Assembly (NCBI GenBank): GCA_964510585.1
Contig: CAZECW010000003.1
Span: 5,523 to 37,522, forward strand
DNA length: 32,000 nucleotides
Source: an uncultured archaeon
GTDB lineage: Archaea; Asgardarchaeota; Jordiarchaeia; Jordiarchaeales; Jordiarchaeaceae
Direction: 5' to 3'
Part shown: positions 27,840 through 32,000 of the stretch, in pieces
Numbering within the stretch: position 1 is the stretch's first letter
How the letters are laid out: every line of letters begins with the position of its first letter
Notes under the pieces: model-generated
The model's input: the letters and a program-made list of their open reading frames with translations, nothing else
Told to the model about the DNA's origin: nothing
The model's database searches: none
Made by a program: the position numbers and the translations under genes

Positions 27840-28598
27840 CTAGTAGCTGCGTGAGTAAACGAATGGGAGATATTTTTCTGTGTCCTCCCCCACAGCCCTA
27901 TAAAGAACTGTCCCCTTAGACATTTTAGGTGTTCCAATGGTGTAAATCATACCCATATTCATTACGGGCTCAACCTCATAGAGGGGATCAGACTCCGATT
28001 TCCCAAACTTAATAGTTCCCGTTGCGGCGTGCACCTCCTTGGGTTCAGTAGTTATGTCAATGGAGAGAATTTCTGCCAGGCTTAATCCCTCCATATCTGG
28101 TCTGGGAAAAACTCTCAAAGAAAATGTGGGTCCAAAACTCATAGTTCCCTCAATCTTACCTGTTAATTTTGCTTCCATATCCACTAGTTTAACACCCTCT
28201 CTCTCCAAAGTTCCAGTAACCCTGTCTCCCTCCCTCTCCAGACTAATTTTTGCTATCTTTTTCGGTAGCCCGTAGATTTCTCTTCCCCCAATCATGGCCA
28301 CATCATTATCCACATACATGCAGGGACAATAGACACCATTTATTTTTCCCTCCTTGGCTGGAAAACTGGCCTGCACAAACATCGCAGACTCATTATAGGT
28401 CACCCCAAAGTTTGACTCCGGATACTCCGCAATAAAAACCAGCACTATTCCCTCTTTTCCAGCCTCTAAGGGCGGAGGAAGAATCTTCTGAATAATGTCT
28501 GGCTTCGAAACATAAAGGCTAGCCAGAATCCGCGCATTGGGCCACATGTAGGGCGGTCTAGGAATAATGACATCATAATCTTCTCTATAAAAACTCAA
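27840..28598 (-). CDS. Acetoacetate decarboxylase-superfamily protein
   Basis: YNESAMFV, MYVDNDVAMIGGREIYGLPKKIA (Schiff-base Lys motif). TTG start after AGGTGAG. Confidence 0.85.
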   Translation of the reverse strand: MSFYREDYDVIIPRPPYMWPNARILASLYVSKPDIIQKILPPPLEAGKEGIVLVFIAEYPESNFGVTYNESAMFVQASFPAKEGKINGVYCPCMYVDNDVAMIGGREIYGLPKKIAKISLEREGDRVTGTLEREGVKLVDMEAKLTGKIEGTMSFGPTFSLRVFPRPDMEGLSLAEILSIDITTEPKEVHAATGTIKFGKSESDPLYEVEPVMNMGMIYTIGTPKMSKGTVLYRAVGEDTEKYLPFVYSRSY

Positions 28599-29028
28599 AC
28601 CAACTCACCTCTCGAAACTCAAACTGCAATGCTCTCTCAAAGCTGATTATCCTTATTTTGAATAAACCAAATTAAAAAGCTTCTGGAAAAAACTCATCCC
28701 TCTCCAGAAAACTTACTACAACGACGCCAACAGAAACGGAGGCTAATCTACCCCAAAACCAATGAAAAATACTTGTTGATCTAAGGTTTTAGCCTCAACT
28801 TTTCTTCCAACGACTGGCAAAATGAGAATTCTTAAGATGGAGATTCGTTTAGTTTCGCCTCAAAAAAGGGGGCAATTATAAGAATTCATTCTCTATTTTG
28901 AGCTCCAAAAAAGGAGGGGAAAAATTAAGTAACATCACCCAGAATTCCAGAAGTACAAATACTTCATTGAGGAATACATTATCTATCCATGCCTTTTGGA
29001 TTTTGCATTTTCCATTTACTGCGGACTT

Positions 29029-30012
29029 TTAGAACTTGCCCTTTACTCGATTGATGATTTCCTCAGCTTCCCTAACAATTCGCTCAATTAGCTCCTTGCA
29101 GGAGACTACATCATGGATGAGCCCTATCGATTGGCCAACAGGTATCAATCCAACATTCGTGTTTCCCTTTTCCCAAATTTCTGGGCCCCAAGTTCCAGCA
29201 ATGTAGGGCAGTATCTCTTGAAGCCCACCTTTGCGCTCCTCTATCTCAAGAACCTTCCTTATGGAATCATTTAACAGGGCGCGACCCTGCAGCCCAATAG
29301 TATTACCGTAGAGTACCGTTTCGTTTTCCTGACGCCGAATAATCTCCTGTTTAACGTTGGGATGTACATCGCATTCTTTGGTGCATATAAAGCGGGTGGC
29401 CATCATTATGCCTTCCGCACCCAAGCAGAGTGCAGCTGCCAAGCCGCGGCCGTCGGCCATGCCCCCAGCTGTTATCACTGGTATTTTAACTGATTCGGCG
29501 ATTCGGGGAGTTAGTACAGTGGTGGCCACATTTTCGTTGAGAGGGTGTCCTCCCTCCTCAACCCCAGCTGCGATGACTGCGCTGTAACCCACTTTTTCTG
29601 CATGTTTAGCGTGTCGAACAGACCCCACCTTATGCACCAGCTTTACTCCGGCTTCCAGGAGCCTGTCCAAATATTCCCCATTTGCCAGGCGGTCTACAGG
29701 CATACCGGAAATCTCCACAGCGGGCACATTCTCCTCAATTATGGCGTCAAAATAGTTCTTGTAGTTTTCTTCACCGAGGTGTACAGCTGGAAGCATAGTC
29801 ACGTTGCACCAGAACGGTTTGTCTGTGAGTTTGCGTACCTCACGTATAGCTTTCACAAAATCCTTCTTCTCAGGATAGGTGGAGGCGGTGAGACTGCCTA
29901 AACCTCCAGCATTGGAAACAGCTGCGCACAGTTTCGGTACACACAGGCGGTGCATCCCTCCACACAGGATGGGATGCTCAATTCCAAACAGTTCAGTTAT
30001 TCGCGTCTTCAA
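29029..30012 (-). CDS. Nitronate monooxygenase / FabK-like FMN oxidoreductase
   Basis: TRITELFGIEHPILCGGM, VSNAGGLG, GVEEGGH, PVITAGGMADGRG, LGAEGIMMATRF, GQSIGLI. TTG 30012 follows GGAGG. Confidence 0.88.
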   Translation of the reverse strand: MKTRITELFGIEHPILCGGMHRLCVPKLCAAVSNAGGLGSLTASTYPEKKDFVKAIREVRKLTDKPFWCNVTMLPAVHLGEENYKNYFDAIIEENVPAVEISGMPVDRLANGEYLDRLLEAGVKLVHKVGSVRHAKHAEKVGYSAVIAAGVEEGGHPLNENVATTVLTPRIAESVKIPVITAGGMADGRGLAAALCLGAEGIMMATRFICTKECDVHPNVKQEIIRRQENETVLYGNTIGLQGRALLNDSIRKVLEIEERKGGLQEILPYIAGTWGPEIWEKGNTNVGLIPVGQSIGLIHDVVSCKELIERIVREAEEIINRVKGKF

Positions 30013-30088
30013 AAAACATCCTCCTAATACAGCATTCAAAACATACCTTTTCTTTTTCAAACTTACTATTTAACTTAATGGGAACAAG

Positions 30089-30096
30089 TATAAAAA
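30089..30096 (-). promoter_or_regulatory. Candidate TATA box (TTTTTATA) for the NMO/FabK-like gene
   Basis: Canonical-looking box about 77 nt upstream of the inferred start. Confidence 0.4.
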
Positions 30097-30664
30097 CGAT
30101 TACTCCAATAAGTGGATTTTCTAAATCCATTAATAACTTCTCTACAATAAAAAATCGAGGCTAATCCGTATACACTTCGCGTTTTAGACATAAATATGAA
30201 AAATCTTATCCTTTTCTCCCATCACTCAATGGTGTTGTGGACGCGGGAGGAGAACCAGTCATTCCTTTTGGAGCATTTGACCCTTAGAGCTAAACCATTA
30301 TGAGTCTTGCTCGGTGGGAAAAATAAAGTTTTTAATAGAAATGCGCATCGTCCAGAACCTTTATTCTGGCAATTAAAAAAGTGAACTAAAAGAAACGGTT
30401 CCAGATATAGGTGAGAAATTAAGTATAAAACCACAAGATCTCGGGGGAGTTTAAAGCTCTCATGGGAGAAGTTTTTCTCCTAAAAACCAAACTATCAGAA
30501 TGCTACATCACTAAAATCATTAGAGATAAAAGCGAGTGGATGTAAAGGAAATATATACAATGTTCAATTTTTGGTTGAAATATTCCCATTGGTAGCATAA
30601 TTTTTCAGCTTAACCAACTTATATCGGGGGCTTAATTGAAATAATTGGAGTTGATAGACGCCCT

Positions 30665-31144
30665 TTGGGCGTTACATTCGTGGGCATTTTATTCTTCGCC
30701 CTAGCAATACTCGCTATCATAGAATCGTCCATTCTACTAGCTTTATACATTCAAATGAGTTGGGAAACACCCTATTGGGCAGCAACCTTCTGGTTTCTAG
30801 CTTTACTAGGCATGCAATTACCAGCTATGGGCTCAGAATACTTCTTCACTTTTTTATCTACCATTCAAATGGGGCAAAGCTTCCCACTCATATCAATTAT
30901 TCTGATAGTTACCACCTTTTTCAATTCCGCCATTGCCAATGGAGTGCTAGATATGAAAATATATTCCTACACGTTTGGAACAAGATTCACAGTACTATAC
31001 GCCGCTATTAACACCGTCATAGTATTCTTTTACTGGTCCTCCGGCCTCCAGCTCACAACTTACATTGCACCCCTATTGAGCATAATAATCAGCATAATTA
31101 TCCTATACTACTTCCCCAAACTCATAAAACAGGAACAATATTAA
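30665..31144 (+). CDS. Hypothetical membrane protein (159 aa)
   Basis: About five hydrophobic segments; TTG start with GGAG upstream; no family recognised. Confidence 0.7.
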   Translation: MGVTFVGILFFALAILAIIESSILLALYIQMSWETPYWAATFWFLALLGMQLPAMGSEYFFTFLSTIQMGQSFPLISIILIVTTFFNSAIANGVLDMKIYSYTFGTRFTVLYAAINTVIVFFYWSSGLQLTTYIAPLLSIIISIIILYYFPKLIKQEQY

Positions 31145-31201
31145 AATAAAAAATTTGACTCCACCAATCGCTCACCAATGCCTTTTCAAATATCACCCTG
31201 T

Positions 31202-31873
31202 TTAAACCTCTGTTACTCTGTGTTTCCTGAACATTTCTACTCCCACAAGGAGAATCCAGCTAACCAAGACGAAGAAGACCGCCCACTCCCAGACCGAGTT
31301 TGACACAATCATGAAAATCAAATCCACAACCACAAAGAAAAATCCATAAACCGCCACAGCCCTAGCGAAGAATCTACCTCGAAACATGGCAAAGCTAAAA
31401 AGAAAAACCGTGACTCCCACCGACACAAAAAAGATAACGCCAAAAACACTGTGTAGTGGAGAAATAACCATGGGGGCAAGGCCCACACCAACAATACCAA
31501 AACAGGTAACAAGCCCCGACGCTACACCCACTTTTGCAATAGTAGAGTTTCCAAGGAGCCCCAACAGGGCTGGAAATATGGGAATGATTAGAAAACCCAA
31601 GACAATTAAACCCACATTGAATAAGAAGGCTGAGGGGCCAATCCCAAGCTCACTTATAGCCTGATACCAAATGGAAAAACCAGTATTAATCACCGGCAAA
31701 GGATAGGGAACTAAAGGAATAGGCAAGCCTCTAAAAGGAAAAATAGTATACTGAAAAAGCGCACCCAAAGTGCAAACCGTACCCACAACCATTGAAACAA
31801 GCGCAAAAATCCCACCCACAAGAGTAATCCTGGGATTCACACGCATTGTTCCAGACCTTTCCATAGAAGTCAC
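31202..31873 (-). CDS. DUF998-like membrane protein
   Basis: YQAISELG, FNVGLIVLG, GVGLAP, LHSVFG, WEWAV. GTG start after GGTGA. Confidence 0.7.
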   Translation of the reverse strand: MTSMERSGTMRVNPRITLVGGIFALVSMVVGTVCTLGALFQYTIFPFRGLPIPLVPYPLPVINTGFSIWYQAISELGIGPSAFLFNVGLIVLGFLIIPIFPALLGLLGNSTIAKVGVASGLVTCFGIVGVGLAPMVISPLHSVFGVIFFVSVGVTVFLFSFAMFRGRFFARAVAVYGFFFVVVDLIFMIVSNSVWEWAVFFVLVSWILLVGVEMFRKHRVTEV

Positions 31874-31932
31874 CTAGCTCTCACCACCCAAAATTTTTTA
31901 ATTATTAAAAATCCAAAACAATAAAAGAATAT

Positions 31933-32000
31933 TTAATTTTTTTGCTCGCGGGTACGAAGAGTCTGACCACCACTCTTCCAGTATTGGGCAAGATTTACTC
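31933..32000 (-). CDS. Possible 3' end of a gene entering from the right edge (...VNLAQYWKSGGQTLRTREQKN*)
   Basis: One open frame from the edge to TAA at 31933-35; too short to classify. Confidence 0.4.
   Translation of the reverse strand, partial: VNLAQYWKSGGQTLRTREQKN

Noticed and set aside
30490-30525. Minus-strand ATGATTT/GTGATGT...CTGA as a C/D sRNA
   Set aside because: Too short to hold guide regions.
684-31664. Numerous antisense or nested ORFs in the track (e.g. 3773..4288, 4769..5251, 19224..19751, 23194..23721)
   Set aside because: They are shadows of well-supported genes on the opposite strand or in another frame, with no motifs or SD sites.
31956-31978. Hairpin GAAGAGT-N9-ACTCTTC
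   Set aside because: Probably lies within the 3' end of a minus-strand CDS; single copy; no tRNA or CRISPR features.
1-32000. Mobile elements, CRISPR arrays, rRNA and tRNA genes
   Set aside because: No transposase or integrase motifs, terminal inverted repeats, spaced direct-repeat arrays or cloverleaf/T-loop signatures were seen by eye.

Overview
Archaeal chromosomal window. Evidence: topoisomerase VI A/B, GGAGG/GGTGA Shine-Dalgarno sites, TATA-like promoters and a candidate C/D-box sRNA. An Asgard/TACK-type anaerobe is my inference, not established. I call 22 complete CDSs and 2 edge fragments, with no rRNA, tRNA, CRISPR array or mobile element. Left to right: two unknown genes (-); a divergent operon (+) encoding a winged-HTH/HdrA-like/MvhD fusion followed by MvhG and MvhA ([NiFe] hydrogenase, group 3c-like); a GH63-like glycoside hydrolase; an ATP-type PEP carboxykinase carrying an extra degenerate HPrK/PEPCK-like domain; a candidate C/D guide RNA; hflX; a metallophosphoesterase, a DUF6485-like Cys-rich protein and an ArsB/NhaD permease; a HEAT-repeat protein; top6A/top6B; a co-oriented catabolic-looking run (alpha/beta hydrolase, TauE/SafE, membrane protein, CCG Fe-S protein, FAD oxidoreductase, acetoacetate decarboxylase-fold protein, nitronate monooxygenase/FabK-like flavoprotein); and two membrane proteins. 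Best candidate for an undescribed system: a DNA-binding domain fused in frame to an HdrA-MvhD subunit that has lost Cys ligands in its thioredoxin-reductase domain. It is co-encoded with an intact hydrogenase, and two matching GACAA-N6-TTGTC palindromes sit in its divergent promoter, so it could be a hydrogenase-wired H2/redox-sensing transcription factor. Other notable signals: a C/D sRNA whose guide matches the 23S peptidyl-transferase region, and a kilobase-scale sawtooth G+T versus A+C strand skew. All family assignments come from motif recognition by eye; no searches were run.
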